Positions 10,047-20,150 are shown, numbered from the stretch's first letter. The stretch: DNA of 64,000 nt from an uncultured delta proteobacterium (GCA_963847445.1 CAWJZV010000007.1:192001-256000); one strand, 5' to 3'. The notes: generated from the letters alone by a model not told the origin. Numbers and translations are program-made.

Positions 10047-10349
10047 CTGTAGTACGGCTGCACAAAACCTTGCTTGCGGGATTTTGTTGCGCAAGCACGC
10101 AATCGTCAGTTGATCAGGTTGGCGGCACCACATCGGCGTGCGTCGATCGATTTAATCCTTATGTTTTCGTCGCTCAAGCGTCGTTCAGGTTAAGACCGTG
10201 ATCAGTGCATGCATGTTTGGTTCAGACCAACATAGTGTTAGCCGCACGCTTTGGCTTCTTTTTCTTGCAGATCGTCAGCTTTTTGTGGTTGAGTGGGAGC
10301 CTGCTGACCAAGCTGAATGGCAGCGCACAGCCGGTTGCAGCGGACCGTG

Positions 10350-11457
10350 ATGGATAAAGTCTTCGGCAAGATAATTTTCCGCCAGCTATTCGACGCCGCT
10401 TCGTCGACCTATACCTACGTGGTGGGCGACCCGCAAAGCCTGCAGGCCGTGATCATCGACACGGTCTTCGAGCAACACTTCCGCGATCGCGCGCTGCTGG
10501 AGGAACTCGGGTTGAAGCTGCTCGCCGTGCTCGACACCCACTGTCACGCCGACCACGTGACCGGCGCATGGTTGATGCAACAGGCCACCGGTTGCCGGAT
10601 CGGCATTTCGCGGCGCTACGGCGCTGCGGTGCAGGGGGCGGACCTGCGTTTCGATCATGGCGATCGGGTGGCCTTCGGGGAACGCTATCTGGAAGTGCGC
10701 GCCACGCCCGGCCACACCGACGGCTGCGTCACCTACGTGACCGACGACCACGGCATGGCGTTCACCGGCGACTGTCTGCTGATCCGCGGCGCCGGTCGCT
10801 GCGATTTCCAGCAGGGCAACGCCGGCACGCTGTACCGCTCGATCACCGAGCAGATCTTCAGCCTGCCGGACGACTCGCTGATTTTTCCCGGCCACGACTA
10901 CAGCGGCCGCACCATGTCTTCGGTGCGCGAGGAGCGGGCGCACAATCCGCGCATCGGCGGCCAATGCCGATGAGCGCGACTTTGTCGGCTTCATGGAAAA
11001 CCTCAACCTGCCGCATCCCAAGCAGATTGACGTTGCCGTGCCGGCGAATCTGCGGTGCGGCAAGCCGGAGAATGAAAAGGTGCCGCGGCCGGCGGACTGG
11101 GGGCCGGTGCGGCGGAGCTACGCCGGGCTGCTCGAGATCGATCCGGAGTGGGTCGCCGAACATCTCGCTGAAGTCCACGTCCTCGACGTGCGCCAACGCG
11201 AAGAACTGGAGGACAGGCTGGGCCACATCGCCACGGCTCAATGTGTCCCGTTAAACGAACTGAAAGACCGCCTGGGGGAAATTCCCAAGGACAAGCCGGT
11301 GATTCCGGTGTGCCACGCGGGCATGCGATCCGGCCAGGCCACGGTCATCCTCCGCGATGCCGGCTTTACTCGGGTAGCCAACCTGCATGGCGGCATGCTG
11401 TTGTGGCAGCAGATGGGGCTGCCGGTAGTGCGCGGCACAAGCCCTTTAACTAAGTAA
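10350..11457 (+). CDS. Persulfide dioxygenase (ETHE1-like MBL fold)-rhodanese fusion (frameshift near 10965)
   Basis: [43 protein letters not shown]; C-terminal LDVR...GHI...CHAGMRS...LHGGMLLW rhodanese domain. Confidence 0.9.
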
Positions 11458-11609
11458 AAATATGAAACGGCCAATTATTTGAGTGCTCGGTGACGAAGCC
11501 AGAGCGAATTCCTATCAATCATGGTCCATGAACGGCCTCTCCTCTGCGCGAGCTAGAGCCGCATCGCTGCGCTCGCCGGGCCAGTTTCAGCGACCGCGTC
11601 AGGTGAGAC

Positions 11610-14357
11610 ATGGCTGACAGCTCACGAAATCTGATCGTTCTCTCGGACGGCACCGGCAACAGCGCGTCGACGCCGTTCAAGACCAACGTCTGGCGCCTGT
11701 ATCAGGCGATTACTCTCACGGACGGAAGCCAACTCGCCGCCTTCGGTGATGGCGTCGGCACCTCCAGTATCAAGATCCTGCGGGTGCTCGGGCTCGCCCT
11801 CGGCGTCGGGGTGAAGCGCAACGTGCTGAACCTCTACAAATTTCTCTGTCGTAATTATCAGGATGGCGATCGTATCTGGGCGTTCGGCTTCAGCCGCGGC
11901 GCTTTCACCGTGCGCGTGCTGGCTGCGCTGATTCATCACGAGGGCCTGGTCACTTTCGAATCGGAGGCGGAGCTCAATCGCAACGCTCTCGCCGCGTACC
12001 GCGCCTATCGCAAGCAGGCGTTCGCGACGATGATACCGTGGGTCGTAATCGGCCGGTATTTTCGCGACCGGTTGACCTCCCTGTGGAACCTGATGACGGG
12101 ATCACGCTCTTACGAGGCGGTCAAGAAAGATACCGCCGATCGCGGCCGCGATCGCATCAATGTTCATTTTCTCGGAGTGTGGGATACCGTCGTCGCCTAT
12201 GGCCTGCCGGTCGACGAGCTTACGCAGGCGGTCGACAAATGGGTCTGGCCGATGAAATTCCGCGACGATTCCTTGTTACCCAACGTGCAGTACGCTCGGC
12301 ACGCACTGAGTCTCGACGACGAGCGCAGAACCTTTCATCCGATTCTCTGGAACGAGACGAAGCTCAAGGGCACAACAGAAGGGAACTCACCTGACCGGCT
12401 GGAACAGGTCTGGTTTGCCGGAGCCCATTCCGATGTTGGCGGCGGTTATCCCGATGACGGCCTGTCCTACGTGCCGCTTTGTTGGATGTTGCAAGAAGCC
12501 GCCGAAAAGGGGCTGCGCTTAGAGCCATCCGTCTTCGATTCATATATTGCCCTTGCCGCGCCGACCGGACGCATCTACGACCCGCGCTCCGGCTTCGGTG
12601 TCTTTTGGCGTTACCAGCCGCGCGACGCTCAGCTGCTTATGGGTGAAGGCATCACGCCGATTGTCCATGGCAGTGTGATGATGCGGATGACCTGCGGCAG
12701 CGACGGCTATGCGCCGATCTCACTGCCGGAGAGGATTACTGTGCTCGCGCCGCACGGACCGCCGGTCGCTTTCGAAGCGGCTGCGGTGAAGGAAGCCTTG
12801 CGTGAAGTGGAGAAGAGGTTGGCGGAAGCCAATTCCGCCGGCAAGCCGCTCTCCGACGATGAACGGCGCGCCTGGCAAATGCGCCACCGCGTCCTCACCT
12901 CGGTCGATGAGCTGGTGACCGCCGCGATCGCGCGCCCCCAGCGCACGGACATCTTCAAGCTTGTGCTCGATACCGTGTGGTGGCGCCGCGTCGTCTATTT
13001 TGTCTCACTGGCCCTGGTGCTAATCGTCGCGGTTTTCCCGCTGGTGGCGCAATATCTGCGCATCGAGGGCGTGACCGATCACCTGAATGACAGAGCGGGA
13101 GGGCCGGTGGATTGGACCCTCGGCTTGATCAAGGGCTTTTTGCCGGGACTTGCCGAGCCTTGGCTCACCGCGCTCGTACGCAATCCCGCCGGGGCGGCGC
13201 TCGTCGTTGTTGCCCTGTTCGCAAGCCTCGGCTTCAGCGGGCTCCTGCGCAAGCGCATCTGCGACCGAGCGCGCGGCGCATGGAACGTGCAGACGCGGGT
13301 GAGCGGGGTCGTGATCGATTGCCTGCGGCCGACCGGACAACGCCATGCCTTGGCCAATGCAACATTGATCTTTGTCGTCCTGGCAATTGCGGCACGGGCG
13401 CTTTCGAGTCCGCCATGGCTCTTCCTGCTGTTTGTCTGCAGTGCTATCGCGTGCGGGCTCGGATGGGCTTTCCGCAGGTTCGTGCGCCCTGCCGGCAGGA
13501 CCAACCCGGCAATGCCGGGCTTCCTGCTAAACTTTGCGCGGGTGGTGCGGACATCTCCCGCCGCGGTTCTAGGCTACCGATTCGTCGCCCGAACGCTCGC
13601 ACCCATGGCCTTCCTCGCTGTGACCGCAGCCCTCGCCCTTTCCGTCACGCATCGCGCTCTCTTTGACCTCGTGAGCACGGGTGGGTCCTACTGTGTGGCC
13701 ACACCGGAGAAAGCGTCGGCGCAAGATGAAAAGCTCGGTGGGGCGACCTTCCGAACCGACTCGATGTGTCACGCAACCGGGCTCCGGCTGATCGTCGGCC
13801 GCAAGTATCGCATTCGCCTCGACATGGACGAGGGCGTGAACGGCGAGTGGTTCGACAAGGGCATACGCGCCGACGTCGCGGGGTTCAGCGCCGACAGCAT
13901 TCGGCATTACACGGCGGCGCCGCTCAAGCGCTGGTGGCGGGAGAACTGGTTTCAGCCGATTGCGCGCATCGGCGAGGTTGGTAATTACGAGCATGTGCTC
14001 CAGCCTGATGCGCCTTTGCCGTCGGTCCGTTTCAAAGACTGCCGGCCCCCTCAGGAGGAACTCTCGGGTTTGGACGCGATCAAGAATACACCGTTGCCCG
14101 CGCCGGAGGAGTTCAAGAAGAAGCAGCTCGACTGCGAAGCTCGCGACCCCAAGCGCTTGCGGCCGAACCGGGTGCTGATTTCCGACATCACGGCAAATGC
14201 GACAGGTGAACTTTTTCTCTACGTCAATGACGCCATCCTGATGGTCCCAGGCCTGACCAACGTCTTCTACCGCAACAACAGCGGTAGCGCGAAAGTCACG
14301 GTCACGCGAATTCTCGCGACATCGCTCATTGAGGCACCCGTGACGGATAACCAATAG
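11610..14357 (+). CDS. DUF2235/Tle1-like alpha/beta hydrolase with TM segments and C-terminal LecA-like beta domain
   Basis: DGTGN, GFSRGA nucleophile, WDTV, GAHSDVGG; hydrophobic helices in the middle; C-terminal GELFLYVND...YRNNSGSAKVTV. Confidence 0.8.
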   Translation: MADSSRNLIVLSDGTGNSASTPFKTNVWRLYQAITLTDGSQLAAFGDGVGTSSIKILRVLGLALGVGVKRNVLNLYKFLCRNYQDGDRIWAFGFSRGAFTVRVLAALIHHEGLVTFESEAELNRNALAAYRAYRKQAFATMIPWVVIGRYFRDRLTSLWNLMTGSRSYEAVKKDTADRGRDRINVHFLGVWDTVVAYGLPVDELTQAVDKWVWPMKFRDDSLLPNVQYARHALSLDDERRTFHPILWNETKLKGTTEGNSPDRLEQVWFAGAHSDVGGGYPDDGLSYVPLCWMLQEAAEKGLRLEPSVFDSYIALAAPTGRIYDPRSGFGVFWRYQPRDAQLLMGEGITPIVHGSVMMRMTCGSDGYAPISLPERITVLAPHGPPVAFEAAAVKEALREVEKRLAEANSAGKPLSDDERRAWQMRHRVLTSVDELVTAAIARPQRTDIFKLVLDTVWWRRVVYFVSLALVLIVAVFPLVAQYLRIEGVTDHLNDRAGGPVDWTLGLIKGFLPGLAEPWLTALVRNPAGAALVVVALFASLGFSGLLRKRICDRARGAWNVQTRVSGVVIDCLRPTGQRHALANATLIFVVLAIAARALSSPPWLFLLFVCSAIACGLGWAFRRFVRPAGRTNPAMPGFLLNFARVVRTSPAAVLGYRFVARTLAPMAFLAVTAALALSVTHRALFDLVSTGGSYCVATPEKASAQDEKLGGATFRTDSMCHATGLRLIVGRKYRIRLDMDEGVNGEWFDKGIRADVAGFSADSIRHYTAAPLKRWWRENWFQPIARIGEVGNYEHVLQPDAPLPSVRFKDCRPPQEELSGLDAIKNTPLPAPEEFKKKQLDCEARDPKRLRPNRVLISDITANATGELFLYVNDAILMVPGLTNVFYRNNSGSAKVTVTRILATSLIEAPVTDNQ

Positions 14358-14556
14358 CCATGCTTGCGCTGGCGCTCAGCTTTGTAACGGCCCAAACGCG
14401 GACCTCGCCCCGGCGGCAGATTCACAAACGTAAGAGTACGCTGGGTTATCACGAGTAGCTTAAGATGTTGCGAGACGTGGCAGCTACCGCGACATTTTAG
14501 GGTTGACATCTTTTTTTTCCTAGTCGATAAATCGCTGTGTTCGGCGCGTCCGTGAC

Positions 14557-14760
14557 CTCCTTCGAAAATACATGTGAGGGGTGATATGCACAACAAAGAG
14601 CTTGCGGGGCTCCGTCATACCCGCGAAAGCGGGTATCCAGACTAATTCGGCGCAGAACAAACCTGGATTCCCGCGTGCGCGGGAATGACGAATTGAGGGG
14701 ATCATGTTCTGGGAATGCCAACCATTTTCATGCTCTGTAGGCGAGCGTGCTCATGAAGCA
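14557..14760 (-). mobile_element. Element Y copy 2
   Basis: On the minus strand: CCACGAAG|TGCTTCATGAGCACGCTCG...CATGAAAAT ... REP doublet ... CACATGTATTTTCGAAGGAG. Confidence 0.75.
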
Positions 14761-14818
14761 CTTCGTGGAGGATGCGACTTTTAGGGGAAACGAAATTACC
14801 TGTAAGGAGGGAGGATTT

Positions 14819-15421
14819 ATGGCATACAAACTCGAAGGCAGCCTTCTCGAAGTCTGCAATTGCGACGTGCTTTGTCCCTGCTGGGTCGGCATGGACCCGG
14901 ATAATGGCACTTGCGATACGGCGTTGGCGCACCATTTCGAAAAAGGCGACATCGACGGCGTAGATGTGTCGGGCCTCACTATGGGATTCACCGCGCATGT
15001 TCCCGGCAACATCTTGCAAGGCAACTGGCGCGTCGTCGTGCACATCGATGAGCGCGCCACGCAACAGCAGGAAGATGCGCTGCTCACGGTGTACACAGGT
15101 AAACAGGGCGGTCCGGTCGCCGACCTGGTGAAATTGATCGGCGAGGTAGTTTCCGTCGAGCGCTCGCCGATCACCTTTCAAGTTTCGGAAGGCAAAGGAA
15201 CCTTGCGCATCGGCAACGTGGCCGACTGTGAGATGGAGCCTTTTCGCGGTCCCAACGGCGAGGTGACAACGCTGCGTGATTCGATATTCACGACCATTCC
15301 CGGTTCGCCGGCGTACGTCGCCAAGGCGACCAAGTACAGGATGAACAATCCTGCCCTCGGGCAAAACATCGACCTCAAGGATCACAACGCGATCCAGGGA
15401 AGATTCATCTTCCAGAGCTAA
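14819..15421 (+). CDS. DUF1326 domain protein
   Basis: EVCNCDVLCPC...C N-terminal Cys cluster, GVDVSGL, IDERATQQQEDAL; strong AGGAGG RBS. Confidence 0.85.
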   Translation: MAYKLEGSLLEVCNCDVLCPCWVGMDPDNGTCDTALAHHFEKGDIDGVDVSGLTMGFTAHVPGNILQGNWRVVVHIDERATQQQEDALLTVYTGKQGGPVADLVKLIGEVVSVERSPITFQVSEGKGTLRIGNVADCEMEPFRGPNGEVTTLRDSIFTTIPGSPAYVAKATKYRMNNPALGQNIDLKDHNAIQGRFIFQS

Positions 15422-15463
15422 GATCCCGCGCCCGGAGTGAGACAACGATTCGGGGGAAAATCT

Positions 15464-16225
15464 ATGGCCGACCGTAGAGCTTTCATTGGCTTGATGGCGT
15501 CGCTGGTGGTTCTGGCGTGGTGCGCGCTGTGGATCTGGGATCGCTCGCCCTATGGCCGCTACCTCGGCCACGGGCAAATCGGCGCCATCGGGGCCGATTC
15601 TCTGCTGCTGCCGATTACACTCTACCTGGTCGGTTGGACGCTGATGACAGTGGCCATGATGTTGCCGACGATCCTGCCGCTGCTGGAAATTTTCCGGCGC
15701 TTGACCGCGCGGCGCCAGGATCAGTTTCAGCTCTTGGCCCTGGTGATCGCGGGCTATCTGGGGGTATGGCTGGGCTTCGGTATTTTTGCTCACGGCGCCG
15801 ATTGGCTGCTGCACGAAATCGTCGAGCGCAGTTCCTGGCTTGAAGCCAACGCGTGGCTTATCGGCGCAGGCACGCTGCTCCTCGCCGGCGGCTTTCAGTT
15901 TAGCCGCTGGAAATACCGCTGCCTCGACAAGTGCCGCGCGCCGTTGAGTTTCGTCACCGAGTACTGGCGCGGCCGCCACGAGCGGCGCAATGCATTTTTG
16001 CTCGGACTTCATCACGGCCTGTTTTGCGTCGGCTGTTGCTGGGCGTTGATGCTCTTGATGTTCGCGGTCGGGGTCGGCAATGTCGCCTGGATGTTGGTGG
16101 TCGGGGCGGTGATGGCCGCGGAGAAGAACTTGCCGTGGGGCCGCAAACTGAGCGCGCCGGTGGGCGTCGCTCTGCTCGGCTGGGGCGGGATGATTTTACT
16201 CAATCGTTTGGTTCTTCTGGGTTGA
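15464..16225 (+). CDS. DUF2182 predicted metal-binding integral membrane protein
   Basis: WTLMTVAMMLP, KYRCLDKCRAP, GLFCVGCCWALM, EK; TM helices; follows DUF1326. Confidence 0.85.
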   Translation: MADRRAFIGLMASLVVLAWCALWIWDRSPYGRYLGHGQIGAIGADSLLLPITLYLVGWTLMTVAMMLPTILPLLEIFRRLTARRQDQFQLLALVIAGYLGVWLGFGIFAHGADWLLHEIVERSSWLEANAWLIGAGTLLLAGGFQFSRWKYRCLDKCRAPLSFVTEYWRGRHERRNAFLLGLHHGLFCVGCCWALMLLMFAVGVGNVAWMLVVGAVMAAEKNLPWGRKLSAPVGVALLGWGGMILLNRLVLLG

Positions 16226-16298
16226 CTGTGGCCACGAAGGACCGAAGCGCGCAAATTTCGGAGGTGTCGTCATCCGCAACCTTGGTGTCCTTCGCGCA

Positions 16299-16490
16299 CT
16301 CTTAGAAAATACACGTCAGGCGATGGTCTGCACACGAAGAGGCAGCGGTTCCGTCATACCCGCGAACGCGGGTATCCAGGCTAATCGGGCGCAGACCAAT
16401 CCTGGATTCCCGCGTGCGCGGGATGACGAGTCGAGCAAATGGCTATGCGATCCATCTTCATTGTCTGTCGTCGAGCGCAAGCTCATGACG
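16299..16490 (-). mobile_element. Element Y copy 3
   Basis: On the minus strand: CACCACGAAG|CGTCATGAGCTTGCGCTCG...AATGAAGAT ... REP doublet ... GACGTGTATTTTCTAAGAG. Confidence 0.7.
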
Positions 16491-16596
16491 CTTCGTGGTG
16501 CATAAAACAAACCGAACCCGGCGCACCGCACAACGCCTGAATAACCAATCATTTTGATCGCGGTCAAAAGTAACATCCAGCGAGAGGTTGGCGCAT

Positions 16597-17709
16597 ATGG
16601 AACAAAACAGCGCGAACAAATATTTCCCAACGGTTGGCGACGGCAGCGGCCTGGCTCAAACCGATGCGCTGCATAAAGAGGAGCTGCAGCTCGCGCTGCG
16701 CAATCGCGGCATGCCGCTGGAGGCGCTGCGCTATCCGATCACGCCAACCGGCCTGCACTATCTGCTGATCCATTACGACATACCGGCGGTGGACGCCGAC
16801 GGATGGCGCCTGAAAATCGCCGGCCAAGTCGCTACCCCCCTCGAGCTGACTCTGGAGGAAATTAAAAAGCGGCCGCGCCAAACCATCCCGGTGACCATGG
16901 AATGCGCCGGCAACGGCCGGGCGTTATTTGCGCCGCGGCGCATCAGCCAACCCTGGCTACTCGAAGCCATCGGCACCGCCGAGTGGACCGGCACGCCGCT
17001 TCGAACCATCCTGCAGGAAGCCGGCGTCAGCGGCGCTGCCGCGGAAATTGTTTTTACCGGTTTGGATCGCGGCGTCGAAGGCGATCAGGTGCAACACTAC
17101 CAGCGCAGTCTGACCGTCGAAGAAGCGACCAAGGCCGAGGTTTTGCTGGTCTATGAAATGAACGGCGAGCCGCTGCCGCCGCAGCACGGCTATCCGCTAA
17201 GGCTGGTGAAGCCGGGCTGGTACGGCATGGCGAGCGTGAAATGGCTGAACCGAATCGAAGCCGTTGCCGAGCCGTTTCAAGGCTATCAAATGGTCCGCGC
17301 CTACCGTTACGCGCAGTCGGCCGACGACCCGGGAGAGGTGGTCGACGTGATCAGAGCGCGCGCCCTGATGATTCCTCCCGGCATTCCGGACTTCATGACC
17401 CGCGACCGGCTCGTCGACGCCGGTGCCGTGACGCTCACGGGCAAAGCGTGGGCAGGGAATGGCGGCGTGTCGCGTGTCGAAGTCAGCGTCGACGGCGGCG
17501 CGACCTGGTCCGATGCCCAACTCGGCGAATCGGCATCACCCTTTGCCTGGAGATCATGGACATTCGAATGGCATGCCACAGCGGGCGCGCACCTGCTCCA
17601 GGTGCGCGCGAGCGATGCCATCGGCAACGTGCAGCCGGCCGTGCAGCAGTGGAATTTTGGCGGCTATGGCAACAACGGCGTGCAGCGCGTAAATGTCGTC
17701 GTGCGGTAA
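16597..17709 (+). CDS. Sulfite oxidase family molybdopterin enzyme (no Tat signal, no heme domain)
   Basis: TMECAGNGR Mo-ligating Cys, MNGEPLPPQHGYPLRLV.PGWYG..SVKWL, C-terminal dimerisation domain. Confidence 0.9.
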   Translation: MEQNSANKYFPTVGDGSGLAQTDALHKEELQLALRNRGMPLEALRYPITPTGLHYLLIHYDIPAVDADGWRLKIAGQVATPLELTLEEIKKRPRQTIPVTMECAGNGRALFAPRRISQPWLLEAIGTAEWTGTPLRTILQEAGVSGAAAEIVFTGLDRGVEGDQVQHYQRSLTVEEATKAEVLLVYEMNGEPLPPQHGYPLRLVKPGWYGMASVKWLNRIEAVAEPFQGYQMVRAYRYAQSADDPGEVVDVIRARALMIPPGIPDFMTRDRLVDAGAVTLTGKAWAGNGGVSRVEVSVDGGATWSDAQLGESASPFAWRSWTFEWHATAGAHLLQVRASDAIGNVQPAVQQWNFGGYGNNGVQRVNVVVR

Positions 17710-17878
17710 ATCATTTCACCGGTGTCTGAGAAAAAAAACCCGAAATCAGGTCCGGCAATGAGATACATCTCCTGACGTCCAACTCATCTGTCGGGCTCGA
17801 GCATTGCCAACAACCGCACTGTTCCTGTTTGCCCGAGCGCGATTGTCTTTGATTAGGAAAGCCCTAACGGTTCCACTT

Positions 17879-19024
17879 TTAGAGGCCGTAAAAGCGCGCG
17901 GTGTTATCGACGAGCAGCTTGCGCTTGCTCTCCTCGCTGATGTCGTTTCGCTTGAGGAAGACATCGACGGCGCCGTAGAGGCGGTCGCCGTGCGGGATAT
18001 CCGAGCCGTAAACCCAGCACTGGTCGCCAAACTCTTCGATGGCGAACGGCAGCAGTTTCTCGTCGACCTCGAAGCCGAAGTAAATCTGGCCGCGCTCGAT
18101 GTATTCTTTGGGCCAATGTTTGCCCGTGTAGCCCCGGTGAAAATCGACTCCGGCGCGCGCCCCGGGAAAGCCGCTATACTCTTCGATCCGCTCGACCAAC
18201 GCGGGCACCCAGGAGCAGCCGGCTTCGAGAAAGGCGATGCGCAAGTTCGGATAGCGGTCGGCGATCCCCTTGGAAATCACCCGGTGGAAGGCGAACTGCA
18301 CGGTCAGCCAAAACGATATCGCCGTCTTGTCATGGTGCGTGTCGTTGACCTGGCCGAGGGCGCGAAAGCTGTGTCCGGTATGCACCGCGACGGGAAGCCC
18401 GGTGTCGTTTGCCGCCGCCCAAATCGGCTCCATCGGCGGATCGTCGACGCGCACGTCGCCGGTGACGCCGAGCAGCATCACGCCGACGGCTCCGAGCTTC
18501 TTGCCGCGCTCGATTTCGCGCACTGATGCCTGCGGATCGATGGGGTCGATCACCGTGACCCACTTGAGGCGCTCGGGACATTGGCTGGCGAGGTCGGCGA
18601 CCCAGCTATTGTAGGCGCGCATCATCGCCACCGCCAAATCCCGATCATAGGTGATCGGATAGGAAAGGAACATCGTCGGATAGATCACTTGAAGCGCGGT
18701 ATTCTCCCGGTCCAATTGTTCGAGGCGAGCTTTGACCGAGCGCATTTCCGCGCTTTCGACGGGATCGTGAGGACTGATTCCCGGCGTGACTCTTGCCGCG
18801 ACGCCGTTCTTGCTGAGGGGAAAGCCGGCTTGCTGATTGGGCCCGCTGCGCACAGGAAAAGAGCGGCTATCGATCATCCAGTAGAGCGGACCGTCCGGGC
18901 CGGTCTCTAGAATGGCCGGTCGGCGATCTTTTAATTTCGCATCCCAGTATTTGTCCGAGAACGTGACTTCGGATTCCGATACATGGCCGTCGGCGTCCCA
19001 CGCCTTAATCATCTGCGCCTCCAA
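17879..19024 (-). CDS. Amidohydrolase family protein (Amidohydro_2)
   Basis: DADGH, VAVH, FLEAGCSW, GSDIPHGD, DNTARFYGL. Confidence 0.9.
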   Translation of the reverse strand: MEAQMIKAWDADGHVSESEVTFSDKYWDAKLKDRRPAILETGPDGPLYWMIDSRSFPVRSGPNQQAGFPLSKNGVAARVTPGISPHDPVESAEMRSVKARLEQLDRENTALQVIYPTMFLSYPITYDRDLAVAMMRAYNSWVADLASQCPERLKWVTVIDPIDPQASVREIERGKKLGAVGVMLLGVTGDVRVDDPPMEPIWAAANDTGLPVAVHTGHSFRALGQVNDTHHDKTAISFWLTVQFAFHRVISKGIADRYPNLRIAFLEAGCSWVPALVERIEEYSGFPGARAGVDFHRGYTGKHWPKEYIERGQIYFGFEVDEKLLPFAIEEFGDQCWVYGSDIPHGDRLYGAVDVFLKRNDISEESKRKLLVDNTARFYGL

Positions 19025-19098
19025 ACTGATCTTAAGACTCCATCGGAGTCAAGCGTGCATGATTGAATTGGAACGCATTTGCCGGCCGGATGGTTTTC

Positions 19099-20008
19099 CT
19101 ACGCTTTAACCTTCGGCAGCACCTTCTCGCCAAACAGATCCAACTGCCTGGGATCGGGATCGGCGACGCCGATGATCAGTGTGTCGAGCCCTTTGCTGAG
19201 AAAATAATTGATCTTCTCGACGCATTGATCAGGGCTACCGACGATCGAGACCGGTTCGACCGCGGTTCTGATGCGGCCATAGTAGCGCATCGTATAGTCT
19301 TCAACGACTTTCACCGCTTTGGCTTTGTCGTCGTTGATCGCCATGAACGCCAAGCTGGCTTTGGCGATTTCGTTGGGGTTTCGGCCAGCCGCGGCGGCGT
19401 AGCTGGCGATCTTGTCCCAGGTCAGGTGGAAGTCGGCGATCGCCGCGCTGCCGGAGATAAAACCGTTGGCCCAAGTGCCGGCGCGTTTGAGCGCGGCTTC
19501 GGCGCTGCCGCCGGTCCACAGCGGCGGATGGGGTTTTTGAATCGGCTCGCGGTCCAACGCTCAGGTTCTCGACGTTAAAAAACTTGCCCTTGTGCGTAAC
19601 ATTGTCCTCGGTCCAGAGCCGTTTCATCAGTTGCACTTGCTCGACTGCCCTGGTGCCGCGGTGTTCATAGGGAATCTCCACGGCTTTGTAGTCGGGTTCG
19701 CGGCTGCCGAAACCGAGACCGATGGTGACGCGGCCGTTGGAGATGAAATCCAGCGTCGAGATAATTTTGGCGAGATGCGCCGGGTGGCGGGTGTTGCCGA
19801 GCAGGACTGAAGTGCCCAGGCGAATCTTCTGCGTCGCGCCGGCGGCGGCGGCGAGAATCGTCAACGGCTCGAGATTGTCGTAGGCGATGCGGTCGATGGT
19901 CCACATCGAGTCGCAGCCCATGGCTTCGCATTTCTTGGCGAAGTTGACGACGTTTTCCGGTTTGGTGAGCGGTGCCGGGTTGACCCAGGCGAGTCCGATT
20001 TTGGCCAT
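19099..20008 (-). CDS. LLM class flavin-dependent oxidoreductase (frameshift near 19550)
   Basis: GCDSMW, AAAGATQKIRLGTSVL, LDFISNGRVTIGLGFG, PIQKPHPPLWTGG. Confidence 0.9.
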
Positions 20009-20150
20009 TGTCTTGTCCTTTCAGATTAACCGTCGAGTCAGATAATAATAAATAGACCAGTCGAACGACCCTTTTCAAGGAGGATCGTCTGCGATATACG
20101 AGACAGCAGAGAAATCGTATACCGACTTCAAACCAAGGAGGAACGAAGTT

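Noticed and set aside
11610-14357. T6SS effector-immunity locus
   Set aside because: No vgrG, PAAR, hcp or immunity lipoprotein adjacent.
14702-16015. Long antisense and alternative-frame ORFs (e.g. 14702-16015 -, 5497-6300 -, 50489-51451 -)
   Set aside because: Shadow ORFs opposite well-supported genes, expected in high-GC DNA.
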